Positions 51,132 to 60,965 of a stretch of DNA of 64,000 nt are shown in pieces (position 1 is the first letter of the stretch; each line of letters starts with the position of its first letter). Origin of the DNA: Candidatus Levyibacteriota bacterium (GTDB lineage Bacteria; Patescibacteriota; Microgenomatia; Levybacterales; UBA12049). Below the pieces are notes generated by a model, which had not been told where the DNA came from, made no database searches, and worked only from the letters and a program-made list of their open reading frames with translations. The position numbers and the translations under genes were made by a program. The stretch spans positions 15,240 to 79,239 of the forward strand of contig DAIDHL010000004.1 in assembly GCA_027459745.1 (NCBI GenBank), given 5' to 3'.

Positions 51132-51758
51132 TTACTTATCCGGGCACAGCTCTCCCAGCGGGCAATCAGCACACACATGTGGACGAGCCGGGCAATATTC
51201 CCGACCAAAATTTATAAGTAAATGTGAGAAATCCAACCAATCTGCTTTGGGGACAATTTTCAGCAAATCTTGCTCAATCTTTTCGGGCGTCTTTTGTTTG
51301 GTTAGGCCTAAACGCTGAGACAAACGCATGACGTGAGTATCCACCGCAATTCCCTCGGCTTTACCAAAAGCATTACTCATCACCACATTGGCTGTTTTTC
51401 TCGCCACTCCCGGCAAACTATCCAATTCTTCCATCGTCTCTGGCACTTTACCATGAAATTTCTCGACGATCATTTTACTGGCGGCCACAATATTTTTGGC
51501 TTTATTAAAATGAAAATTAACTTTTTTGAGATGTTTATCCAATTCTTCGGGTGTTAGTTTGGCAAAATCTTCAGCAGTTTTATACTTCTTAAATAAATTT
51601 GGAGTAACAGTATTGACAGTTTTATCCGTCGCCTGGGCAGACAAAATGGTGGCAATCAACAGCTGCAAGGGAGTTTTATAATACAGCGCAGTATGTGGTT
51701 TGGGATAAACTTTCCTTAATCTTTTAATTATTTCCTTGACCTTCTCTTCCCTAGTCAT
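51132..51758 (-). CDS. nth: endonuclease III (DNA glycosylase/AP lyase)
   Basis: HhH-GPD fold with a C-terminal 4Fe-4S loop CPARPHVCADCPLGELC (C-x6-C-x2-C-x5-C). Confidence 0.9.
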   Translation of the reverse strand: MTREEKVKEIIKRLRKVYPKPHTALYYKTPLQLLIATILSAQATDKTVNTVTPNLFKKYKTAEDFAKLTPEELDKHLKKVNFHFNKAKNIVAASKMIVEKFHGKVPETMEELDSLPGVARKTANVVMSNAFGKAEGIAVDTHVMRLSQRLGLTKQKTPEKIEQDLLKIVPKADWLDFSHLLINFGREYCPARPHVCADCPLGELCPDK

Positions 51759-51809
51759 AATATTAGCAATTTTAGCACAAGGGGGTGTTTGTTATAATAG
51801 ATTTAATTT

Positions 51810-52391
51810 ATGATACGAAAAGCTACCCCTGATGATTTAGAAAGTATCTATTCTTTATATAAAGCAAATTCTCTTGACATTACTAATTTAGTAGATCCTA
51901 CTTATGCAACTAAGATACAAAGAGATGGATTTCTATTAGATCTTGAGGAAAAATCTGACATACTTGAACGGATACAAACGAATACTATCTTCAATGTTTA
52001 TGAGTTAGAAGGGAATGTTGTTGGTTTTATAAATATCAACAAAGAAATATACTTTCCGGAAGATTCTGATAATATTATCTGGTTTGATAATGATTTAAAG
52101 AACAAGTATTACCATCGAGACAGCTCCATAACACTTCATGAAATACTCATTAGCCAAACTCATAAAGAACAAGGGATTGGTAAACAATTATTAGAAAATA
52201 GTTTACAAATATTGAAAGAAATGGATTATACAGATTTATTTTCGATAGTAGTATTTGCTCCACTAACAAATTGTGCTTCAGTACTTTTTCATGCAAAAAA
52301 TGGATTTGAGAGAGCTTGTGTTAGTATGCCAACTGATTTATTCGGATTAAAGAATTACCAAAGCGTCCTTTTTCATCTACAAATTAAATAA
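51810..52391 (+). CDS. GNAT-family N-acetyltransferase
   Basis: Motif A-like HKEQGIGKQLLE. 193 aa, and AT-rich on inspection. Confidence 0.6.
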   Translation: MIRKATPDDLESIYSLYKANSLDITNLVDPTYATKIQRDGFLLDLEEKSDILERIQTNTIFNVYELEGNVVGFININKEIYFPEDSDNIIWFDNDLKNKYYHRDSSITLHEILISQTHKEQGIGKQLLENSLQILKEMDYTDLFSIVVFAPLTNCASVLFHAKNGFERACVSMPTDLFGLKNYQSVLFHLQIK

Positions 52392-52457
52392 TATTTTAAA
52401 CCCAATCCACCTGGGTGGTGGCCAATCATCTTAAAGTTATACTAGACCATGTTCGAT

Positions 52458-53303
52458 TTAATTATCAAGGTAGAAGATATAGACGTATCCGAAAGTTGTT
52501 ATAGAATAACCTGCTCCCATAGTACCCCCGAATGTGGGAGTTCCTTCTTTCTTAATTAAAATACCTAAATTTGCTAATTCAGCTAATGGCCCTATAAGCT
52601 CTTTTTCTTTTAAATGCTCCTGATAAGATATATTGTGCCATAACTCCTTTTCAGGCTTATTTGTATATCCGTATTTCTTTTTTAGAATCAAACTATTTAC
52701 ATTATAATTTTGATAAATGTATTTACTTATGTAGTCTGAGATTATAACTCTGTTTCTAGTGATATCTTCGAGTCTTTTTCCTTCTATTCCAGTTCTATCA
52801 GTGTACTGTAATAATTCTTTTTGTATATCCTCCTCAACTTTTCCCAATAGTTCATTTTTTATAAAGGTTAATATATTGAGCCCTGCAAAAGAAATTTGAT
52901 TTGTAGTCCAAATCAGCTTTTCAACTTCAAACTTTTCAATCTCTTCTTTATTTTTATCGGTTAAGTTTAAAAGTATTTTCTGATAGGCTCGTCTTTTTTC
53001 ATTAGCTCTTTCTTTAATATATGCTTCCAATAAAAGAACAAAGCAGTCTTGAAACTCCTCATGCTCAAATAGCTTTTGGCTAAATTTCCCTAAATTATCT
53101 CTAACAAACTCTACCCATTCTAAAACACGCTGCTGCCGTAATTTCATCCCTCTTCCGAAGTATGCTTTAGATAGTTTATAAGCAATATTTATACCCGGAA
53201 TCGAAGTAGCAATAGCATCTACAACCTCATCTGCTGTAATAGAGCCTACCTCTTCAAGCAGTAGCTCATCACTCTTTGTTATTTTTGCAATTTTACGTTT
53301 CAT
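52458..53303 (-). CDS. hypothetical protein (281 aa), second gene of a coupled pair
   Basis: Long ORF with no recognisable motif. It starts 1 nt after the stop of the upstream ORF. Confidence 0.5.
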   Translation of the reverse strand: MKRKIAKITKSDELLLEEVGSITADEVVDAIATSIPGINIAYKLSKAYFGRGMKLRQQRVLEWVEFVRDNLGKFSQKLFEHEEFQDCFVLLLEAYIKERANEKRRAYQKILLNLTDKNKEEIEKFEVEKLIWTTNQISFAGLNILTFIKNELLGKVEEDIQKELLQYTDRTGIEGKRLEDITRNRVIISDYISKYIYQNYNVNSLILKKKYGYTNKPEKELWHNISYQEHLKEKELIGPLAELANLGILIKKEGTPTFGGTMGAGYSITTFGYVYIFYLDN

Positions 53304-53304
53304 G

Positions 53305-54168
53305 TTATTTTACATATGCATCCTCGGCAATAGTAACACCAATTTTTTTAATTCTAGGACCTTTTTCTTCAATTACTACGGGTACAATTCCCTTATAAAA
53401 TCTGGCAGCAAAAGAGAAAATCATTAAATCTCTAACAAATACAAAAATGTTGTGATATACAATTTCAGAAAATTCTTTTGCTGATTGTTGTTTAGATGTC
53501 TTGGGAACCGAAATTGAGAGTTTACCATTTTTATCATATTCACAAACTAGTGGTGTCATTCGGATATTTTTATAATGTTGAGTAGTAGTCCTTAGCCTAA
53601 TAATAGATTCTGAGCAAGGTTTAAAAAGCTCAACTATTTGAATGATATTTGCTATTTTTTCATTATCTTCACTTGGAGTATTATTCTTAATCGCTTTAAT
53701 TAATTTTTCGCCATTTTCGCCGTATGTATGCAATTTAATACCAAGTAAAGGCTCAAACATTTTCATCAATATGTCCAAGGTAGATTTAGCCTGACTCAAT
53801 ACTTCTTCAATAGTTCCTTCTAAAATATCAGAATGTTGGGCTATACGTTTACCATCTTTTTTTATTTTTTCTTTAAATTCTTCTACTAAATCTGTCTCTT
53901 CCTCTGCATATCTATCTACAGCATTTGCTAATTTACTAAGCTTTTTAAATATCTCGATTGATGTAAGAAATAGATATTCTTTCTGCTTCGCTGGAATATC
54001 TATGGCTTGTTGAGGTATTCCTAACAAATTCATTATAAATTGTTCTCCAATTTCTTGACCTTTTTTAGACGTAAGAAGAATTAAATTTGTTGAGTTAGGA
54101 GTTAAATTAAATCTCTTCTCTTTTGCTTCAGTCTTTTTGTTATCATCCATAATATTATCACACCTCAA
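53305..54168 (-). CDS. hypothetical protein (287 aa), first gene of a coupled pair
   Basis: Long ORF with no recognisable motif. It is preceded by a 344-nt non-coding region. Confidence 0.5.
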   Translation of the reverse strand: MRCDNIMDDNKKTEAKEKRFNLTPNSTNLILLTSKKGQEIGEQFIMNLLGIPQQAIDIPAKQKEYLFLTSIEIFKKLSKLANAVDRYAEEETDLVEEFKEKIKKDGKRIAQHSDILEGTIEEVLSQAKSTLDILMKMFEPLLGIKLHTYGENGEKLIKAIKNNTPSEDNEKIANIIQIVELFKPCSESIIRLRTTTQHYKNIRMTPLVCEYDKNGKLSISVPKTSKQQSAKEFSEIVYHNIFVFVRDLMIFSFAARFYKGIVPVVIEEKGPRIKKIGVTIAEDAYVK

Positions 54169-54481
54169 TGTATCTTTTTATAGCCAATGAACTCAATGAC
54201 ACGCCTCCCCTGTTCAAATATTTGCTATCCACACATAAAACAAAAAAAACTTCTTGCGAAGTTCTCGTGGGCGGGCATTTTATTGTCTGTCCAGGCTAAC
54301 TCGCCTGTATTTTGTTATGAGGAGTATAGCAAAAATAATATTACAATGCTAGAATTTGTGGCAAATATTATAGGAATAGTTTGTATCTAATATAAATTAG
54401 GTCTCAGAATTTATTTGATTTTTGGAATTTGGGGGTTGGGATTTATAGAGAATAAAATTTTTAATACAAACCTCATCCTAT

Positions 54482-54502
54482 CCTTCTCCTAAGAGGAGAA
54501 GG
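54482..54502 (-). terminator. stem-loop 10 nt after the rnj stop codon (9-bp stem, no clean U-tract)
   Basis: CCTTCTCCT-AAG-AGGAGAAGG. Confidence 0.3.
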
Positions 54503-54512
54503 GAGATTAAGA

Positions 54513-56252
54513 TTAGATCTCAATCACTATCGGCATGATGAGGGGGCGGCGGCGGAGTTGTTTAAATACCAACTTACCCGTAATATCAGATATAAGCTTG
54601 CGCATATGCACCCAATTATTTACCCTGCTCTTCTTTGCACTCAAATTATTGCGAATCTCCCTCTCCAAAGAACCTTTGATATCCTGCACATCAGTCTGCA
54701 ATAAACCTCTCGTCACCACTTCTGGTGGACTAACTAATTGTCCATCCTCAGCTGACACTTCCACCATCACAATCATAATACCCTCTTTGGCCAATTGCTC
54801 CCGATCACGCAGAATAAAATTTTCTACCTCTTCACCCGAATACTGATCCACATACACATGCTCAATCTGAATTCTCTTGCCCAGACGCATACTCTCCTGA
54901 TTCAATAACACTTCCTGACCATCCTCTATCAACAACACATTCTTGCGTTGATAACCAAACTTCTCAGCTAGACGTCTATAAGCCACCATTTGCTTATAAT
55001 TACCACTAATCGGAATCAAAAACTTCGGTCTGGTCAAAGACATCAGCAGCATACTATCGTCAGACGATCCATGACCGGATACGTGAAATTTGTCAGACAC
55101 TTGGGTATATAACACTCTAGCTCCACTCTTAGACAGCGTATCCACCAATTGATCCACCAACACTTCATTGCCCGGAATAGGATCAGAAGAAAAAATTATT
55201 ACATCATCAGGAGATAATTTGACGTCTTTGTGCTCGCCATTGGCAATTCTACTCATACCGGAATTTTCCTGACCCTGCGCACCAGCCACTAATAACAACA
55301 ATTGCTTGTCACTATAATTTTTCAGTTCATCCATCTCGATGATGGTATTCTGTCGCACCTGCAAATAACCAATCTGTCGTCCTATATCTGAGTTCTTAAT
55401 CAAAGAACGACCAATAAAACAAACTTTACGATTGTATTTTTCCGCTGCTTTAATCGCTTGATTCAAACGAGAAATATTCGAGGAATAAGTCGTAATAATA
55501 CATTTACCCTTACAATTCTCCACTTCCCGTTCAAAACTTTCAGCAATTGAGTCTTCCGAAGGAGTAAAGCCTTTACGTTCTGCACCCAAACAGTCAGCCA
55601 ACAAACACATAATTCCCTGATTGGCAGCATTCACAATACCGGCAAAATCAGTTTTCTTGCCATCAGCTGGCGTCAAATCAAATTTGTAATCAGCCGCATG
55701 ATAAAAATTGCCGACGGGAGTCTTGACAAAAATATGTGAACTATCAGGAATAGAATGAGTCACACGGATGAAGGAAACGGTAAAAGGACCCAAATTTATT
55801 TCCCGATTATCAAAAGGCACGGTTTCGACTTTACCAGGTAGTTCAAACTCTTTTAATTTGGCATTGGCAAAAGCAGCGGTTAAGGGAGAAGCATACATGG
55901 GGAAATTATAACCAGCTGATTGCAACTGAGGTAGAACAAATGGCAATGCCCCGATATGATCCTCATGACCATGTGAGAATACCATCCCTACGATCTTTTT
56001 ATTCTTATTATTCTTCAACAAATAACGTACATCTGGCAACAATAGATCCACACCCAACATCGTCTCGTCTGCAAAGCCCATACCGCAATCTACAATCAGA
56101 ATCTGATCCTTATATTCATAGAGATACATATTGCGCGTGACATCACCCGGCCCACCTAAGGGTAGCAGGGAAAGTATATCGTTATTTTTTTTGAAAAACT
56201 TCTTTTGTCCTTCTGGAGCAAATTGAGGTTGCTTCGTTAAATTTTCATCCAT
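54513..56252 (-). CDS. rnj: ribonuclease J (metallo-beta-lactamase/beta-CASP)
   Basis: HxHxDH motif (FSHGHEDHIGALPFV), then beta-CASP and a C-terminal domain. 579 aa. Confidence 0.92.
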   Translation of the reverse strand: MDENLTKQPQFAPEGQKKFFKKNNDILSLLPLGGPGDVTRNMYLYEYKDQILIVDCGMGFADETMLGVDLLLPDVRYLLKNNKNKKIVGMVFSHGHEDHIGALPFVLPQLQSAGYNFPMYASPLTAAFANAKLKEFELPGKVETVPFDNREINLGPFTVSFIRVTHSIPDSSHIFVKTPVGNFYHAADYKFDLTPADGKKTDFAGIVNAANQGIMCLLADCLGAERKGFTPSEDSIAESFEREVENCKGKCIITTYSSNISRLNQAIKAAEKYNRKVCFIGRSLIKNSDIGRQIGYLQVRQNTIIEMDELKNYSDKQLLLLVAGAQGQENSGMSRIANGEHKDVKLSPDDVIIFSSDPIPGNEVLVDQLVDTLSKSGARVLYTQVSDKFHVSGHGSSDDSMLLMSLTRPKFLIPISGNYKQMVAYRRLAEKFGYQRKNVLLIEDGQEVLLNQESMRLGKRIQIEHVYVDQYSGEEVENFILRDREQLAKEGIMIVMVEVSAEDGQLVSPPEVVTRGLLQTDVQDIKGSLEREIRNNLSAKKSRVNNWVHMRKLISDITGKLVFKQLRRRPLIMPIVIEI

Positions 56253-56310
56253 ATTTCTAAATTTGTAAACTAATTACCTGCCATCCTAAACTTGATTCAG
56301 GATCCATTCT

Positions 56311-56343
56311 TGCTGGATTCCAGCTTCCGCTGGAATGACAATT
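56311..56343 (-). repeat. AATTGTCATTCC plus hairpin motif copy (shared with 19430-19449 and 29621-29645)
   Basis: Minus-strand reading aattgtcATTCCAGCggaaGCTGGAATcc, 53 nt 3' of the stop of the Lon-like gene. Confidence 0.5.
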
Positions 56344-56395
56344 TGAAATTCTAAACCCTATTATACCATTTTTTAACCTATAATTCTTAATTATA

Positions 56396-57661
56396 CTACC
56401 AGCTTGGTAGGAATTCTTTGATATTTGTATCATTTACTAACACTGTTTGTGCTTTGCCTTCCACAATTAACCTCGCAGATTTACGGCACATATTATCGAT
56501 AGTTCTTTCCAAAGTACGAATACCCGAATCAAATCCCAAGGGTCTGATAACCCCCGCCCACGAATTTTCATCTATAGTCATTTGCTGCGGTAATAATCCT
56601 GCCTGTTGTCTTATCTTGGGAAAAAGATAAGTTTTGGCAATTACTATTTTTTCCTCATCAGAATAAGAGGGCATTTGGATAATTTCCAGACGATCCATCA
56701 CGGCCGTTGAAATAGCCGTCGTATTATTAGCCGTGGCTACAAACAATACATTCGAGAGATCAAAAGGATAATCAATATAATGATCTATAAAAGCTGCATT
56801 TTGTTCTGGGTCCAAAAGCTCAACCAACACGCCCATAATGTCGGCACGTGAGGCTTCAGTTACACGATCCAATTCATCAAGTAAAATAACCGGATTCTTT
56901 GTTTTAGCATGCACTAACTTCTTAATGACCGACCCCGGCTCTGCATCAGGAAAAGCTCTTGACTGGCCTCTTAAAGCCAATGAATCAGCCATGCCCCCAA
57001 ACGGTATGCGCTCAAATTGTTTACCTAGCGCTTCAGAAATGGACTTTGCAAGGGTGGTTTTCCCTGTCCCCGCCAAGCCAACTAAACACAAAATGGGTGC
57101 ATGTTGAATATTATTCACCCCACCATTCTTTAGATTTAGAATAATTGTAGCCAGATAATCCAAAATTCTACTTTTAATAGGCTCTAGTCCGTAATGATTT
57201 TTATCCAAGATTTCTTTGGCTTTGACCAAATTCAATGAATCTTCACTCAACGTAGTCCATGGAAGACCAATGACCCAATTAATATAGTTGGAAGTACTTT
57301 CATATTCCAAAATATAATTAGAGCTCATAAATCCTGAGCTGGCTCTAATCAGAGCCAAACGGGCTATGCGCTCAACCAATGATTGATGCAGATCCATTGG
57401 CAGCTTCACGGAGTCAATTTTCTCGCCTAATTTTCTTATTTGATCATTCGAGTTCATTTTTGCTTTGTCCTCTTCCTTCTCTTTAGTTGCGGTTTGGCGA
57501 TTATCTGCCGAAATTATCTCCGGTCCCTGTGCAGGAGTGGGAACATTTTGTGGTGTTGACACACTTTGATTAACTGGTTGAGTCTGAGCTGGTGGAGCAT
57601 TTATTCCAGTGGCTGGGACACTAGAAGAAACCAAATTATCCGGTTGGGCAGTGGGATTCAT
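56396..57661 (-). CDS. Lon-like AAA+ ATPase lacking both the N-terminal LAN domain and the S16 protease domain
   Basis: Block-by-block similarity to the Lon ATPase module (LDKNHYGLEPIKSRILDYLA.., PILCLVGLAGTGKTTLAKSISEALG, PVILLDELDRV, LDPEQNAAFIDHYIDYPFDLSNVLFVATAN, ...RTLERTIDNMCRK). The protein ends right after the AAA+ alpha subdomain. The N-terminus has about 70 low-complexity residues. Confidence 0.8.
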   Translation of the reverse strand: MNPTAQPDNLVSSSVPATGINAPPAQTQPVNQSVSTPQNVPTPAQGPEIISADNRQTATKEKEEDKAKMNSNDQIRKLGEKIDSVKLPMDLHQSLVERIARLALIRASSGFMSSNYILEYESTSNYINWVIGLPWTTLSEDSLNLVKAKEILDKNHYGLEPIKSRILDYLATIILNLKNGGVNNIQHAPILCLVGLAGTGKTTLAKSISEALGKQFERIPFGGMADSLALRGQSRAFPDAEPGSVIKKLVHAKTKNPVILLDELDRVTEASRADIMGVLVELLDPEQNAAFIDHYIDYPFDLSNVLFVATANNTTAISTAVMDRLEIIQMPSYSDEEKIVIAKTYLFPKIRQQAGLLPQQMTIDENSWAGVIRPLGFDSGIRTLERTIDNMCRKSARLIVEGKAQTVLVNDTNIKEFLPSW

Positions 57662-57743
57662 GATGCTTATATCATACGCAAAATATATTTATTTGGCAAA
57701 CATTTTGCTTGTTTCTTATCATTAACCAAACTACAATTAAAAC

Positions 57744-58529
57744 ATGGTTGCATTAGAAAAACATAGTCATGTACCAAAATGGAGATCAGCTCTTTTTACA
57801 ATGGCTAACCGTCATCTTACACGCCCCCTAGCTGAGCGCTCATTTAATCCCAAGGTTGCAGAACGAGCACTTGCTTCGGCAGAGCGAATTCCTCAAGAAC
57901 AAGTCGCGCAAATCGCACAAAGGATAGGTTTATTCTATGAGATAGATTCAGAACAAATCGCACAAGCTGCACAAACTCCTGCCTATATTTATAACCGAGA
58001 ACAAAAAATGCAAGAAGAATTATTGTATCTCTATCAAAATCTTAGACAAGAACGCGTAGCAGACAGAAATAAATCATTAAAGAATCGTCGAGTCATGAAA
58101 TCAGGCACCAAACGCTTTTGGCAAGCAGTAAAAGATTATACAAAAGAATATAGGACTTTTCCTGAATTTGAACGAGATCTAGCAAATATCTTCTCCCATA
58201 AACGTCAAGACATTGAAGAAGAAGGAGGCAGTTTTGAAGCCACACCTAAACCTAAAATCATTATCTTAAATGAAGAAATTGATAAATTTCAAAACATTCT
58301 CGACCATGAAGTTTATCATGCCTTGACATATTTTCCACCTACTTCACCTCAGACTTATGACGCTACTATTGGTTTCTCTCATAAAGGATCAAGTAAATTC
58401 TCGAATATGCTCACTGAAGCTTGCACCGAGGTACTTCGTATTGCCGAAGCACATCCAGATCTTTCTACACTGGATCTTTATACGCTTATATCTGATGATT
58501 ATGCATTCTTCACGCACTGCAAAAACTGA
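57744..58529 (+). CDS. hypothetical protein with an HExxH motif (HEVYH). It may be frameshifted at the 3' end.
   Basis: 261 aa. An out-of-frame ORF (58357-58677) continues about 50 codons beyond the stop, which may mean the true protein is longer. Confidence 0.45.
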   Translation: MVALEKHSHVPKWRSALFTMANRHLTRPLAERSFNPKVAERALASAERIPQEQVAQIAQRIGLFYEIDSEQIAQAAQTPAYIYNREQKMQEELLYLYQNLRQERVADRNKSLKNRRVMKSGTKRFWQAVKDYTKEYRTFPEFERDLANIFSHKRQDIEEEGGSFEATPKPKIIILNEEIDKFQNILDHEVYHALTYFPPTSPQTYDATIGFSHKGSSKFSNMLTEACTEVLRIAEAHPDLSTLDLYTLISDDYAFFTHCKN

Positions 58530-58673
58530 ACCGCCCTTCACTACTCGAGATTTAGCAAAATTTTACTTTAAACCAAGAGCAGGTGTAAAGACTGGAGAAG
58601 AACTAACTAAGTTATTAACTTCTCATTTAAATGAAGATGAAATATCTATGAGTTTGTCGGCGATCACTGACGC

Positions 58674-60965
58674 TTAGAAGTGTTTTTTGCGGCGCATACC
58701 TTTGCCAAATCTATCGTTACGATTAAAATTGTCTCCTCTTTCACGTCTGAATTGCTGTGACAATGGATGATCTGTACCATGTCTAGCCTCATCTCGATCA
58801 GGCCTTTCACCTCTCTCATTATTTCTCTTTTGTTCCTGTTCTTTAGCTTCTTCGACTGATAGCATTGATAAATTAATTCTTCCCTGATCATCAACCTGAA
58901 TTACTCTGACTTTCACAACTTGACCAACTTGCACAACATCTTCAGGAGATTTTACAAAGTCCTTGGACATTTGTGAAACATGTACCATACCTTCTTTGCC
59001 TGGCAAGAATTCTACAAAAGCTCCAAAAGACAAGATTCTTTTGACCGGACCTTCAAATTCTTCACCTATTTGTACTTCACGTACAATTCCTTTGACCCAA
59101 TCATAAGCCTTTTGAACTGACTCATCGCTGGTACCAGAAACAGTAACAGTTCCATCATCTTCCACATCTACTGTGGCTCCAGTTTGAGCAATGATATGTT
59201 TGATAGTCTTTCCACCAGGTCCGATAATTTCTCCTATGCGGTCAACCGGAATTTGCAAAACTTCGATCTTGGGTGCATAAGCAGACAATTCTGAGCGAGA
59301 AGAAGGCATAACACTCTGCATAACTTCTAAAATTTGCATTCTGGCTTTTTTAGCACGTTCAAATATCTCAGCAATTTGTTCGACTGTCAAACCCAGAACT
59401 TTAACATCCAGCTGAATAGCCGTGACACCAGTATCAGTTCCTGCAACTTTAAAGTCCATATCGCCAGAGAAATCTTCCAGTCCAATAATGTCAGTTAACA
59501 ACACATACTTGTCTTCATCTGACATCATACCGACAGAAATTCCAGCCACTGGTTTGATGATTGGTACACCTGCATCCATTAAAGCCAAAGTAGAGCCACA
59601 AGTAGAAGCCATAGAAGTAGAGCCATTGGAGGACATAATTTCTGACACTACACGAATAGTGTATGGGAAAACATCTCTGCTTGGAATAACTGCTTCCAAA
59701 GCTCTTTCTGCCAATGCACCATGTCCAATTTCACGACGAGATGGTGTACCCATTCTGCCAGCTTCACCTACAGAATATGGTGGCATGGAATAATGATGAA
59801 TATATCGCTTACTTTCTTCACCTTCTGCTGATTCAATTAATTGTTCCATGCGTGGAGAACCTAAAGTAACAACCGTCAAAGCCTGTGTCATACCGCGCTG
59901 GAAAATAGCTGATCCATGAGTTCTAGGCAAAAGACCAACTTCAACATGCAAAGGACGAATCTCATCCATCTTACGGCCATCGGCTCTCTTTCCATTTTTC
60001 AGAACATCAGAGCGAATTTGTTTGAACATGACATATTCCATCGCCTTGGCGATAGTTTTTTTGTCGACTTCACTACCTCCGTCGCGCATCTTTTCTGTAT
60101 CGTAAATCTTATTCAACAAAATATCTGTTTCATCGCCGCTGCCTTCCTTGCTGACACGAGATACAACTAAGTCCTTAATATCTGTTAAATATTCTTTCTC
60201 AATTAAGGCGGCTACTTCATGTAATTTGGTATTTGGTACCACTACTTTCTTCTCTTGACCAACTTTAGCTCTAAATTCTTCAATATATTTGATGATTTCT
60301 CCGGTTGCATTGTGGGCCTCTTTGGCGGCTTCAACCAATACATTTTCTGGTACTTGTTTTGCTCCAGCTTCGATCATGTGAGTTTTTTCTTTGGTTTGAC
60401 TGAAGACGATGTCTAATTCTGAATGCAATGTCTCAGAAGTAGTTGGGTTGACGATTAATTCACTGCCATCATCTGGACTTTGCACATATCCAACACGCAC
60501 TGCACCAATTGGTCCTTTCCAAGGAATACGTGAGATATGCAAAGCAGCCGAAACTGCGATAAGCGATAAGATATCCGGTTCGTGTTCGCCATCAACTGAC
60601 AAGACAGTAACAACTACCTGAACTTCATTTTTGTATTCTTTTGAAAATAAAGGACGAATAGAGCGGTCAATCAAACGGCCGATCAAAATTGATTCATCAG
60701 TTGGACGACCTTCACGTTTTACCCAACGAGAACCTTTGATTCTTCCACCAGCATATAATCTTTCGACATATTCAACTGACAGTGGGAAATAATCAATATC
60801 TTCACGGAGTTTGCCTTCTACGACTGTAGCGTGCACCATAGTATCACCCATGCGGGCTAACACAGCGGCTGTAGCTTGTTCAGCCAAACGACCTGTTTCT
60901 AAGGTTACCTTTTCTCCTGCTAATTCAAATTCTAAGGAGACAATTTTATTTGCTTTTTTTGCCAT
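58674..60965 (-). CDS. pnp: polynucleotide phosphorylase with a basic RGG-like C-terminal tail
   Basis: Two RNase PH domains, KH and S1 (...FGAFVEFLPGKEGMVHVSQMS...). 763 aa. Confidence 0.95.
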   Translation of the reverse strand: MAKKANKIVSLEFELAGEKVTLETGRLAEQATAAVLARMGDTMVHATVVEGKLREDIDYFPLSVEYVERLYAGGRIKGSRWVKREGRPTDESILIGRLIDRSIRPLFSKEYKNEVQVVVTVLSVDGEHEPDILSLIAVSAALHISRIPWKGPIGAVRVGYVQSPDDGSELIVNPTTSETLHSELDIVFSQTKEKTHMIEAGAKQVPENVLVEAAKEAHNATGEIIKYIEEFRAKVGQEKKVVVPNTKLHEVAALIEKEYLTDIKDLVVSRVSKEGSGDETDILLNKIYDTEKMRDGGSEVDKKTIAKAMEYVMFKQIRSDVLKNGKRADGRKMDEIRPLHVEVGLLPRTHGSAIFQRGMTQALTVVTLGSPRMEQLIESAEGEESKRYIHHYSMPPYSVGEAGRMGTPSRREIGHGALAERALEAVIPSRDVFPYTIRVVSEIMSSNGSTSMASTCGSTLALMDAGVPIIKPVAGISVGMMSDEDKYVLLTDIIGLEDFSGDMDFKVAGTDTGVTAIQLDVKVLGLTVEQIAEIFERAKKARMQILEVMQSVMPSSRSELSAYAPKIEVLQIPVDRIGEIIGPGGKTIKHIIAQTGATVDVEDDGTVTVSGTSDESVQKAYDWVKGIVREVQIGEEFEGPVKRILSFGAFVEFLPGKEGMVHVSQMSKDFVKSPEDVVQVGQVVKVRVIQVDDQGRINLSMLSVEEAKEQEQKRNNERGERPDRDEARHGTDHPLSQQFRRERGDNFNRNDRFGKGMRRKKHF

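Noticed and set aside
54225-54255. A8 followed by the hairpin AACTTC-TTGC-GAAGTT, a possible minus-strand terminator, inside the long gap before the unknown gene pair
   Set aside because: The 6-bp AT-rich stem is weak, and the rnj gene it would serve ends 260 nt away with its own stem-loop. I noted it only as a possible boundary of the inserted cassette.
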